In this document: positions 41,869 to 51,472 of the stretch, piece after piece
Numbering within the stretch: the first letter of the stretch is position 1
How the letters are laid out: each line of letters starts with the position of its first letter
Position numbers and translations under genes: made by a program
Origin: Williopsis jadinii
Taxonomy: Eukaryota
Length of the DNA stretch: 64,000 bases
Direction of reading: 5' to 3'
NCBI GenBank assembly: GCA_024346625.1
Contig: AP024665.1
Coordinates: forward strand, 1,364,001-1,428,000
Notes under the pieces: generated by a model
Database searches by the model: none
Told to the model about the DNA's origin: nothing
What the model saw: the letters and a program-made list of their open reading frames with translations, nothing else

Positions 41869-43167
41869 CTAGAAGTGTACAAAGTCTGCGTTGATTTCTA
41901 GATCGTCGTCCTGATCAAGGTGGCTTGTGGTGCCGTCATCATCAGAGTCGGTATCTGAAACAATTTCCTCCTCATGTGCCGTTTCTTCTATTATAAGCCT
42001 TGGATCGTTATGGATATCTGTCAAGTTTGTCAAGTCAGGCAGCTGGAAGTCCTTTGGATCCAACGTTTGAAGCTCCAGCTTGGCTTGGACGTTATCCTGA
42101 GTCCGGTGGCTCAGTCTGCAGTTCTTCCCTCTAGGACAAGCTTGACCCAGTTGTGTATCTGGACATTCATGAACGTGTCTAAATTTACACTTGGATCCTC
42201 TGAAGCAGTACCCACCAATTGCGAATGGTCGACAGACAAGTTGGTGTTCTGGGCTAACGTGTAAGAACATACAGTGTTCGTTTTTACAGTATCCCTGTTG
42301 GTAGAAATGGCACAATGGAACGTTAAACTCAGTGGGCTCATGAGAAAGCGAGCACTTCTCCAAAGTACAGCCTCCTTTGATCAATCTAGGGCATAACATC
42401 ACTTTGGCCTTATTATGGGCTTGCTTGCACTTATCACCTTTACCACAATAGCCAGTCTTTTCGAAGAAGCGACATTGCTGTTGTAAAAACACTCTTTGGC
42501 CCAACAATCTATACGTCCCCGCTGTATTTCTCTCATACTGGTATCCATTCCATTCAGTCGTGGTTTTCTTCTTTGGAATGGCACCATTACGATGTTCTTG
42601 GTCAAATGTGACTTCTAGTGGACGGAGTTTCGCACCGTACATGGTTATTGCGTATAAGACGTGATTGATGTAGCACCAATCACAGTTATCGAGGCTGGCC
42701 CGGTTCTTCTTGGCTTTCAATTCGTACTTCCGTTCTTCAATCAACACTTTCTTATCTTCCAACGCCTTTTGCTTCTGCTCTTTTGTCAAGTTCTTCTCCT
42801 TAAGTTCCTTCTCGTATAATTTTCTACTCACCAGCTTGTTCCCATTGGACGTCATCACCGAGACATAATCAGAATCCGGATCAGGTTGTTGTTTAACCAC
42901 AAGCGTTCTATTCCTTATGGGGCACCCTCCTCTCCCTCTTCCTCTTCCACGACCAAATACGCCTCTATAACCCCCTCTCCCTCTACTATGATGGGTTGCT
43001 GGATACGGCTGGTTGTTATGATTCACAATGCTTTTGTTTGTGCGGTAATTGGAGATAGACCCTTGAATAACATGAACACATTAGAAAAGTCCGTTTAAAG
43101 AAGCTAGATGAACACCAGAGCACTCACCTCTAAGTCTTGCAATCTCCTCTAATAGATCAGACCCCAT
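41869..43167 (-). CDS. Five-CCCH zinc-finger protein, Red5/ZC3H3-like; exons 43167-43128 and 43061-41869 (410 aa)
   Basis: Intron 43127-43062 (GTGAGT, TTCTAAT, AAG) gives the N-terminus MGSDLLEEIARLRGSISNYR. RGG tract, five tandem CCCH fingers, acidic tail ending INADFVHF. Confidence 0.8.
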
Positions 43168-43439
43168 ATTTCTATGATTCTTGACTGATTTACAAATCGT
43201 GATGTTTTGGGTAGGGCTCTGTTTATTAGTTTTTCTTTTGTTTATTTGCGTCGCTACAGCAGCAAGTTTTGTACTACACAAAAAACATCAAAAATTACTA
43301 AAACGTGAACGTGATCTATGTTCCTTAATTAGATTGAGGTCAGGAAATGTCATTCAAAGTATCTCATTAATGCAATTGTTCTCCAAAATTTTTGTTCTTT
43401 CTCTCTCTCTCCTTGTGTGTCGGTGTCTACTCCGAGATC

Positions 43440-44474
43440 TTAACGTAGGAAGTAGTTGTGCGTACCCTGATGAGCTCTGTAATTATCGCCGTCGGCCTTG
43501 AAGTCCCATTTGATTTCAATATCGAGTTCTCGTGGGTTCACGGCGTTTGGACGGTTGGCCAAGCTGATTTCCAATGACTCACCTCTCTTGATATCGAGGA
43601 TGTCATCCAAGTAAAAGACGGTCTGCTTCCAGTGAGTGTACTTTGCGTGTGGCCCTGTTGAGAAGTACACCTCGTGTTTGGCATCGGTTCCTGGGAACCA
43701 AATATCAAACCAAGCAACAAGGCCGTGGATGGTATCGTCTCTGATTGCCTTCAAGGTGAACTTGTTGAAAAAGGCCAAGTCTTCCAATTTAACCGTGTTG
43801 ATGTCGATTTCAACAAGAGTGCCGGACGTTGTAACGACCGCGCTGTTCTCCACAGTATCAACCAAAGGCTCGGCTTTGGCGATCTCAATGAATGAAGAGT
43901 AATCAAAGCCGTACACATTCTCCCAGTAATCAAGCTTACTGCTTCTGTACTCACCATCTTCAATTCCTGCAATGTGCATGGTGGCCCTATCTGGGAAGAT
44001 CAATCCACCTTTCTTCAAGTAGTGATCTCTAGCCCAGAGCACAGTATCGAGCATGCTCTCGTACAGGAGGAAGTAGCCCATCCACTCACTGATGATGATG
44101 TCAACCTCCTTGTATGGCAACACAACATCTTCCAACTTGCCTCTAACGAGGGTGATCTTATCGCTGAATCCATTGAGGTCGACAATCTTCTGTGCCATTT
44201 CAATGATGTTTGACATGTCAACAGCAATCACGTGCTTAGCACCAGCTTGAGCGGCAAACATGGACAAGATACCAGTACCACAGCCAACATCGAGAACAAC
44301 CTTGTCTCTGAAGAGATCCTTGTTCTTCAAGATAGCATTACGATAACTCAAAGTACGTACTTCATCTTTGAGCATCTCTTCATGAATACCAAAGTGGTCG
44401 TACGAGGAAAAGTAGTGTTGTTCGCTGAAAGGAAGCGACTCTTTGTCAGTAGCAGATTTAGTAACGTCGGACAT
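43440..44474 (-). CDS. HMT1: Type I protein arginine methyltransferase (PRMT1)
   Basis: YFSSYDHFGIHEEMLKD, VLDVGCGTGIL, IISEWMGYFLLYESM (double-E loop), THWKQT. PAC GATGAG at 44588-44593 upstream. Confidence 0.97.
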   Translation of the reverse strand: MSDVTKSATDKESLPFSEQHYFSSYDHFGIHEEMLKDEVRTLSYRNAILKNKDLFRDKVVLDVGCGTGILSMFAAQAGAKHVIAVDMSNIIEMAQKIVDLNGFSDKITLVRGKLEDVVLPYKEVDIIISEWMGYFLLYESMLDTVLWARDHYLKKGGLIFPDRATMHIAGIEDGEYRSSKLDYWENVYGFDYSSFIEIAKAEPLVDTVENSAVVTTSGTLVEIDINTVKLEDLAFFNKFTLKAIRDDTIHGLVAWFDIWFPGTDAKHEVYFSTGPHAKYTHWKQTVFYLDDILDIKRGESLEISLANRPNAVNPRELDIEIKWDFKADGDNYRAHQGTHNYFLR

Positions 44475-45134
44475 GGTAGGTCGATGGCTGTATGAGTAAA
44501 GTAGAGTGTTGTTAGGAATGTCTACAATGTTGTTTTGTGGTTTCTTATTTGGGCGCCGTGAAAGTTTTTCCTCGTGTGTTCTGTACCGATGAGCTCACCA
44601 CAGTCCTTCGCCTAACAACAACATGGTTCAACAAGAGTAGAATCCATGCAGAAAAAGGTTGTTATAACACTATATCTCTTCTTGTGATGCCTGTGCAAAC
44701 TCAGTTGCAAAGAGCAAACAATCTTCTCATCCGTTTGTAGTTTACATCCTGGACCTCTGGCACTCGCGGACTTCTTGACGGGATCTGCCAGTCAAAAATG
44801 GTGGCCTAAAAACGGCAGCTGCCGAAAACCCTTGAAAAGTCCAATTGTGACAAACCGCTCTAATAATCCCGGTGCGATGTTGCGCAATGGTCCGCTACGT
44901 GGTCCATCTCATCACCTTCGAGTGTAGTGGAAAGATACGGGGCTAATGGTCAATATGTTTATACACATTAGAGTCCGGAACCATCTATTCTATCAGTTTG
45001 AGGCGGATCCCATTTGCAGATACCGAAAGTCCGCCCAGTGCTGGATGTTGTGGTAGCAGCCGAGAGGAAAACATGGTGCACACACGCCAACGGAGAGTCG
45101 CCTCAAGAATTTGGGCAGTATACATTGATTTGGA

Positions 45135-45165
45135 GGGGGGGGGGGTTAGTTAGTTAGTTAGTTAG
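45135..45165. repeat. G11 homopolymer fused to (TTAG)5 microsatellite
   Basis: Read directly: GGGGGGGGGGG TTAG TTAG TTAG TTAG TTAG. Confidence 0.9.
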
Positions 45166-45458
45166 GTGTAGTAATATGGACAATAGCAGCAGCGATTCAC
45201 AGCAAGTGTTACATATGGGGAAATTGAGCCCGCCCTTATGTGTTATGTCATGGTCTCAGATCGTGGCACCCCACGCTTTTTTTGCAGTTTAGGAAAAAAA
45301 TAAAAACGGGCTGCATCACACCTCTGCAAACTCGCAATCCCGAGTACACGTTATGTGCTGTGTCTATGCGTATACTACAGGGAGCTAAACGCCGAACTAC
45401 AACTTGTGTCGAGTAGTTATGACGTTCTGTAGTATTCAGAGTTGAAGATATGTGTATT

Positions 45459-47021
45459 TCATTTAACCTGCAGGATTGGAAGAAACTGGCCAACTATGAG
45501 CATTGGAATATCAAACACGTCTCTTTTGACAGTCCATGTAGATGCGCACCTGATTTGCTCACCGTTGGGGCTCATCAACGTGCACTCGGTGATGATGACA
45601 CCGTTCAAGTCTCCAAACGCAACAGAGCTAAAGAGCCTGAAATAGTCCAAAGCACTGGAGTCATTCATCAGCTCAATTATGAATGTTCTCTTGGAGAGCA
45701 ACTCAGTCTTTGTGTGTGAAGTCAGGGATGAAAACTCAGTGCTCACTGCGACAACCTCTCCGGTACGCCTCCACATGATCGTAGGACTCGAACTGAGAGA
45801 GGACATGGATTCATACTCTAGCAAGGATCTCTGGAATGACCTCTCTGCAAACAAGAGGTCCATCTCCACTAGCGATCTCGTAGCAGCAATAAAACTAGGA
45901 CGGTATGCAGCCATTGTTTCTGCGATTTGAATTAGTTGGTTCTTGTTGAATCTCTTTCTGAGGTAGTCCAACAATGCATGGTATGCCTTTGGGTAGTTAT
46001 AAGGTTGTAAATTGGACGTGTATACTTCCTCTGGAGACTTGATCAAGTGTCTCAATATGAGTGGTGAGGTGTAGTCTGGACCATCAGACGCAAGCATGAT
46101 GTTTGGCAGCATGTTATTAGTGTTTGTTGAATTATCAGAGAGTGAGATGTAAGGTCTTGTGTTGTTATCTGTTTGGAAAGATGTTTGGAACTCAGTATTG
46201 TAGATCACAGAGCTTTGGCTTGGTGATTTAGCACTGTTATTGTCTAACAAATCCGCCAACTGCGCATACTCCTGGTTAGCAAAGAGAGATGAAAAGACAT
46301 CCGGCGAGTCCACCGTGCTTGTGTTTCTATGTTGTTGGCTGTGGTGATGGTGCTCTTGCTGTGACTGTGGTGTCTGATGTTGCTGATGGTAGTTCTGATT
46401 ATCCTGTGAAGGGTTACGCTGCGGCAGTATACTCTGTTTTCCAACGCCCAGCTGTTGTGTATGAGTGTGACCCTCGGTACGAGTCTCACTTCGACTGTCA
46501 TTAAGACCCTGACTGCTGTCCTTACTCTGCGTATGGGTCTCGTTCTCATTTTTGTTTCTATCTTGAATTGAGTGGCGGATCGGTTTAGCCATTGAAGGGC
46601 TTTCACTAAGATCAGACGCTGGATTTAAAGGCGAGTGGCCTAGCGCGTGGTGGAAAGGTACACACAACTCTGGAAACATCAGCTGTCCCGAAACATCGGG
46701 CTGGGTAGTCCTCACTGCCGCCGGTGTTAAACCTGCCAACGACGTTGATGTAGCAGAGCTCTGAGACTCAGTCCTGGCAACAGGTGAAGCTTGACCTGCC
46801 TCGGCCTTAGCCTTTCTAACTCTCTGTAACTTCTTTGCCTCTGTAAGATACTTGGCTCTTTTCCTTTCAACATCTTGACATGAATCTGCAACTCCTCTCT
46901 TAACACAGTTCTTACACGGCCTTCCAGGATCACACTGTAGGTGCTTTTTATGACAGAACGTGCATGCCCTACCTATAGGTTTCCTGTTGTTCTTTTCGTG
47001 CGCCGGTAGTTTCTTTGTCAT
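45459..47021 (-). CDS. GSM1: Zn2Cys6 + PAS transcription factor, glucose starvation modulator (Gsm1/Ert1/Rds2 family)
   Basis: MTKKLP N-terminus, ACTFCHKKHLQCDPGRPCKNCVKRG zinc cluster, PAS-like WRRTGE...IKRDVFDIPMLIVGQFLP-type C-terminus (VKRDVFDIPMLIVGQFLPI). Synteny with PAM16/SET4 (YJL103C-105W). Confidence 0.85.
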   Translation of the reverse strand: MTKKLPAHEKNNRKPIGRACTFCHKKHLQCDPGRPCKNCVKRGVADSCQDVERKRAKYLTEAKKLQRVRKAKAEAGQASPVARTESQSSATSTSLAGLTPAAVRTTQPDVSGQLMFPELCVPFHHALGHSPLNPASDLSESPSMAKPIRHSIQDRNKNENETHTQSKDSSQGLNDSRSETRTEGHTHTQQLGVGKQSILPQRNPSQDNQNYHQQHQTPQSQQEHHHHSQQHRNTSTVDSPDVFSSLFANQEYAQLADLLDNNSAKSPSQSSVIYNTEFQTSFQTDNNTRPYISLSDNSTNTNNMLPNIMLASDGPDYTSPLILRHLIKSPEEVYTSNLQPYNYPKAYHALLDYLRKRFNKNQLIQIAETMAAYRPSFIAATRSLVEMDLLFAERSFQRSLLEYESMSSLSSSPTIMWRRTGEVVAVSTEFSSLTSHTKTELLSKRTFIIELMNDSSALDYFRLFSSVAFGDLNGVIITECTLMSPNGEQIRCASTWTVKRDVFDIPMLIVGQFLPILQVK

Positions 47022-47148
47022 TATTGATACAATGGTTGAGATAAAGCGTTGAGATAAAGCGTCACGAGTGTATATGTGTGGCTGATTAGCTAGTCGCTTG
47101 TTATGTTAATGGGACCTGTTTATTGATCTCCTTAAGACTGGGACAAGA

Positions 47149-47184
47149 CAACAACAACAACAACAGCAGCAGCAGCAGCAACAG
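47149..47184. repeat. Compound (CAA)n(CAG)n microsatellite upstream of GSM1
   Basis: CAACAACAACAACAACAGCAGCAGCAGCAGCAACAG read directly. Confidence 0.85.
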
Positions 47185-47674
47185 ATGCTGAAATCTGAAA
47201 GGTTGTTAACACAAAAAGGAACTCCAAACACGGAAAACACACAGAGATACGATGGAGATCAAATAAATAGCGTAGTTCCCCTTGAATGATAGGATGAGTG
47301 CAACGTGACAATACGCAATCACCTATCAATTGAACAGGTTAAGGGAAACAACACGAACTATGGGGTAAAGGACGTTATGTTGGTGGGAAAACAGAGGAAA
47401 CAACCCCACCTTCTTGTTTGATTTTTTTTTTTGTTTTCCTCTGTGGGCTTTGCGTGAACAAACAAAACCGAAGGAACAAAGACAAAAAAGCACAGGAGCT
47501 TAGAACAGCCTTCGAAGCTGGGAGCAGCACCAAGAGAAAGCGAAAAGGGAAAAACGAGGGAACGAAAATTCATGGGGTACATAATGTTGCGCTTACCAGG
47601 AAATGTATTTGAGGATTACGTAATTAAACAATGATGGTGGGTGTTCAGGTGTCCATCTGAACTCTAAAACGGAT

Positions 47675-49227
47675 TCAATCAAAGAACTCAAACCAATGTG
47701 GCTCCGCGTAGTAGACGCATGTAACGGCAAAGATGGCAATCAGCTGGAAGATGCTGGGTGGGAGGAAAGTGATGGCACCTAGGATCCATACGTAGAGCGC
47801 AGGTAGCTCGTAGTACTTTCTCAAGATGAAGAAAACCGGCAGCTTCCACAGCATCATCAGGTTTTCCCACGAGTATCTCTGGTATCTGGACTTGAAGAGT
47901 CTCAGCATGGTCTTTTCAATCTCCTGGGTCATCACTTTTCTGGAGAACTTGGACTTGACCCTCTCCATACCATTCTGCGAGACTTTGGCCTTGTTGAGGC
48001 TTAACGATTCTCCAATTCTCTTACTCCAAACATCGGAATCACTTGGTTCTAGCCAACCAGTACCGAGTTCCGGAGATTTGTCCAACGGGACAACGGTCTC
48101 TGTTGGACCACCGTTGTTGACAGCCAAGACTGGTGTGCCTAGTTTCATGGCTTCAAGTGGCACAATTCCAAAGTGCTCCAGAGATGGCGTGTACAACAAC
48201 AGTTCCGCTTTGGATAATAAATAGTCCTTGTAATTTGATGGAACTGAGGGTAAGAATAGCACATCGTATTCAACATCAACCGGTTCCTCCACTAGTTCTG
48301 AATACGTCTTTTGAAACAGCGTGTAAAATTTCAACCCCGATTGCTCAACGAGTTTCTCCAAATGAACCAAATATGTCTTGTTCTCTTCGACGAGATTATC
48401 GTAGCCTCCTGCAATGACCAATTTGACACCTTTCTGCTCTGTACCCATTGCGAACTTTGCATATGATTCAATAGCCAATTCAACGTTCTTCTTAACTTCG
48501 AATCTGTTAACACTCAGAACGAACTTATCATCTCCCATAATGTTTTTATGAAGAGTTTTAACTTCTTGATTGAACTCTGGTTCTGTGAGATCGACACAGG
48601 GGTAAATTGTCCCTGGGGGTTTAACATCTTTCAAGAAGGAGAACGTATCATCGTACACCGATTTCGTGAAGTTTGAGTTAACAACAACGGCATCAGCAGC
48701 ACTCATAGAGAATTGTTCATACAGATCAAAAGGTAAACGGTACAATTTTCTCAAGAGAGAGTCGTGTCTTGCGAGTTTCTGATCCGGAAAATGACAATAG
48801 AACATGATTCTTGCACGTGAGTCGTGGAACATGTGTAGCAGAGGTAAACAGAAACTCAGCTGATCCACAATAAAGAAGTCGTACTCGGAGATTTCACCAT
48901 TGATAACTAGCATCATCAACAGGAACAGCTGTCTCAACGAGGCAAACACGATCTTGAATCTGCCGCAGAACGAGGTTGGCAAGAAGTCCCCGTACACTTG
49001 AGCTTTCACCTCATCTTTAGAGATTTCTTCAAAACAGTGTGTCTTATCACAATGCGATGTGAATATTTTCACCTTGTGCCCTTCTTCTTGAAGACCAACG
49101 GCAGCATCAACAATGAGTCTTTCAGCACCACCTAAGCCCCTGTGTTAGTCACTTGTTCCTGGAACACTCAGACATGAGCTCCATACATACCGATTCCCAA
49201 GTCTGGGTGGATAAAGGCAATTTTCAT
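47675..49227 (-). CDS. ALG2: Alpha-1,3/1,6-mannosyltransferase Alg2; exons 49227-49191 and 49131-47675 (497 aa)
   Basis: Intron 49190-49132 (GTATGT, GACTAAC, TAG) restores MKIAFIHPDLGIGGAERLIVDAA. Also FYCHFPD, SVNRFEVKKN, EHFGIVPLEAM and C-terminal TM segments. Confidence 0.95.
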
Positions 49228-49646
49228 CTCGTCAAAACCCTCTTCCTCGTACTGTTTTGGCTAATGTGCGTCTCAAATAGTCGACAGGACGAAATGGGAA
49301 TGTTACACGCCTTTTTATACCTCACAAGAGTATCAAATAAGTGGAAGAGAAGAAAACACAAAACGGTGCACACAGATCACCCAAACGTCTTGTGGGCTCT
49401 TTATACGGTTGAAGGGTAGAACTGGAAATCTAATTGAAGCCCACGTTTATGCCAAGCGGTTGGTGGTGATTTCTTGTTTGAAACGCACAGTGTAGGCAGA
49501 GCGGGCTGGGCTGGGCAGTCGCGCGCGAGCAGTGGGCCCCAGAAGAGAAATTTGTGCGCTCGTGTGAAACAAGGCCGTCTGTACGGGCAGAGCTGATGAA
49601 GTAGTTACTGGTCTATTGTGAACTTTAGGAGTAACACACGGTAGAC

Positions 49647-51137
49647 ATGGCGAGTAAGGACGAATTGGTGAAGGAGCTCGGGGAGATGCTCCCTCTTGAC
49701 GAGGAGTCTTTGGTACAGATTGTTGATAACGCTCTGAAATTACCCAGTATTGGTGCCATAAACGAATACTGGTTAGGGTTGCTAGGCGAGTCACCAGCTG
49801 CTTTGGAGTTCATGACCAAATTCAACTCCCAAGGTGCAACGGAGAAGGCGGTAGAGAAGCCAAAGCACAGTCAAACACCACCACGGAGGGAACAGAGACC
49901 GAAGCAACAGGTTGCGGCGAATGTTTGGAGTCCCAATGTTAGTGCGCCAGGAAATGCACAGAAGACTCAACCAAGGTTGACCAACAAGGCTTCCAGTACC
50001 ACAACATCACAGTTATTGGATAAGAAACCAGCTAGCAGGGGAAAGACGAATGCAAGGAAGGAGAAGGAGAGGAAAGTGGACAACCTGAAGGATCTGGAAG
50101 CGGTTTTGAACCAGCTAGAAACCGAGTCTTCAAAGGATATGTATTCAGCGTGCGGTTGTATGGCCACAAGACATCCGCTCTTTGAAGTTGTGCCTAACTG
50201 TTTGAACTGTGGTAAGATCATCTGTGTTAAAGAAGGATTGAGACCTTGTAGCTTTTGTGGGAAGGAGCTGATTAGCGCCGATGAAAAGGCAAAGATCATC
50301 CAACTCTTGGAGTCTGAAAGGTCCCAACTCGAAACTTCTGAAACTGGCATGAAACACAACAGTGGTGATAAGAAGAAGAAACCAACTGTGACACTACACT
50401 CTGGTGCTGGTGTTAATCTATGGAAACAACAAGATGCCTTATTCAAGAAGCTAGATGAACAAAAGGCACAGAGGGACCTTGAGCAGAAGCGAAAAGTTGA
50501 AGAGGCACAGCAGGTGAAGCAACAGGATAAGGAGTTACAATTCTATGCCCATCAAAGAGATATGGATGAGGACCTTATGAAGGCCAAGTCCAATCTCGAG
50601 AATTTGCTGAATTTCCAGGCGAATTCTGCAGAGCGTACGAGGATTATCGACCAAGCTTCTGATTACGAATTACCAACGGGTTCCAATTTGAATATGTGGT
50701 CTAGCAGCGTTGAAAAGGCCCTCCAGTTAAAGAAACAACAGCGACAACTAAGGAAACAGGAGAAACGAGAGAATGAACTAAAAGGACGCGGGAAGAAAGT
50801 TATGAATATAACGATTGGTAAAGATGGTAAGGCAACCATGCGTGAAGTCCAATCAACCGAGGTTATCGACAGCGAAGATGAAGAGGAACAGGAGCAAATT
50901 GATCAACTGGAGAAGGAGATTGCAAAAACCAAAGCCAGCAAAGCTGAAGATGATTTCAAAACTGTCTGGGACTTCCAGAAGGACCAGGACAAGTGGGAAA
51001 AACCTGTGTACGTTGGCCATGGTGAACCTGCTGCAATGGACAACTTCGAGATACCATCGAACAAATGGGGCAGAGTACAATCCACAGTTGACAACAACAA
51101 CGACGAAGAGATTGACCAATTGGTGACAGTCATATAA
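49647..51137 (+). CDS. RQT4: RQT complex subunit Rqt4 (ASC-1/TRIP4-like, C2HC5 zinc finger)
   Basis: CGCMATRHPL...NCLNCGKIICVKEGLRPCSFCG zf-C2HC5 and RTRIIDQASDY motif; N-terminal PWI-like segment. Confidence 0.87.
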   Translation: MASKDELVKELGEMLPLDEESLVQIVDNALKLPSIGAINEYWLGLLGESPAALEFMTKFNSQGATEKAVEKPKHSQTPPRREQRPKQQVAANVWSPNVSAPGNAQKTQPRLTNKASSTTTSQLLDKKPASRGKTNARKEKERKVDNLKDLEAVLNQLETESSKDMYSACGCMATRHPLFEVVPNCLNCGKIICVKEGLRPCSFCGKELISADEKAKIIQLLESERSQLETSETGMKHNSGDKKKKPTVTLHSGAGVNLWKQQDALFKKLDEQKAQRDLEQKRKVEEAQQVKQQDKELQFYAHQRDMDEDLMKAKSNLENLLNFQANSAERTRIIDQASDYELPTGSNLNMWSSSVEKALQLKKQQRQLRKQEKRENELKGRGKKVMNITIGKDGKATMREVQSTEVIDSEDEEEQEQIDQLEKEIAKTKASKAEDDFKTVWDFQKDQDKWEKPVYVGHGEPAAMDNFEIPSNKWGRVQSTVDNNNDEEIDQLVTVI

Positions 51138-51472
51138 GCGAGCTTCCACGTCTAATATAGCCTACTCGGTTCCTTGAACCTGCACCACAACACAAGCTGT
51201 GTAGATCCTTCCCACATTGTATAACAATATGTATAAGGGCTCATCACCTTGGAACCAGTGCCAAACGCTCATAACCCATCATCGGTGGGGGCAGCATCTC
51301 ATCAGCCGGGGAAATTTTTTTCTGTCTTTTCTTTTTTTTGTCCCTTTTTTGTGTAAGCGAATCGGGCGTTGGACATTTGTAAACATTCAAACTCGAGCAG
51401 TCTCTCCGTATAAAAGACGACAAAGCTTTGGTCTTGAACACTGTTTTTTCCCTATATTCTTCCCAAGAAAAG

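Noticed and set aside
44475..45458. HMT1 upstream region as a telomerase RNA locus (TLC1 lies near HMT1/PDX3 in S. cerevisiae)
   Set aside because: PDX3 and CSG2 are absent here, and I found no template-like repeat or Sm site in the interval.
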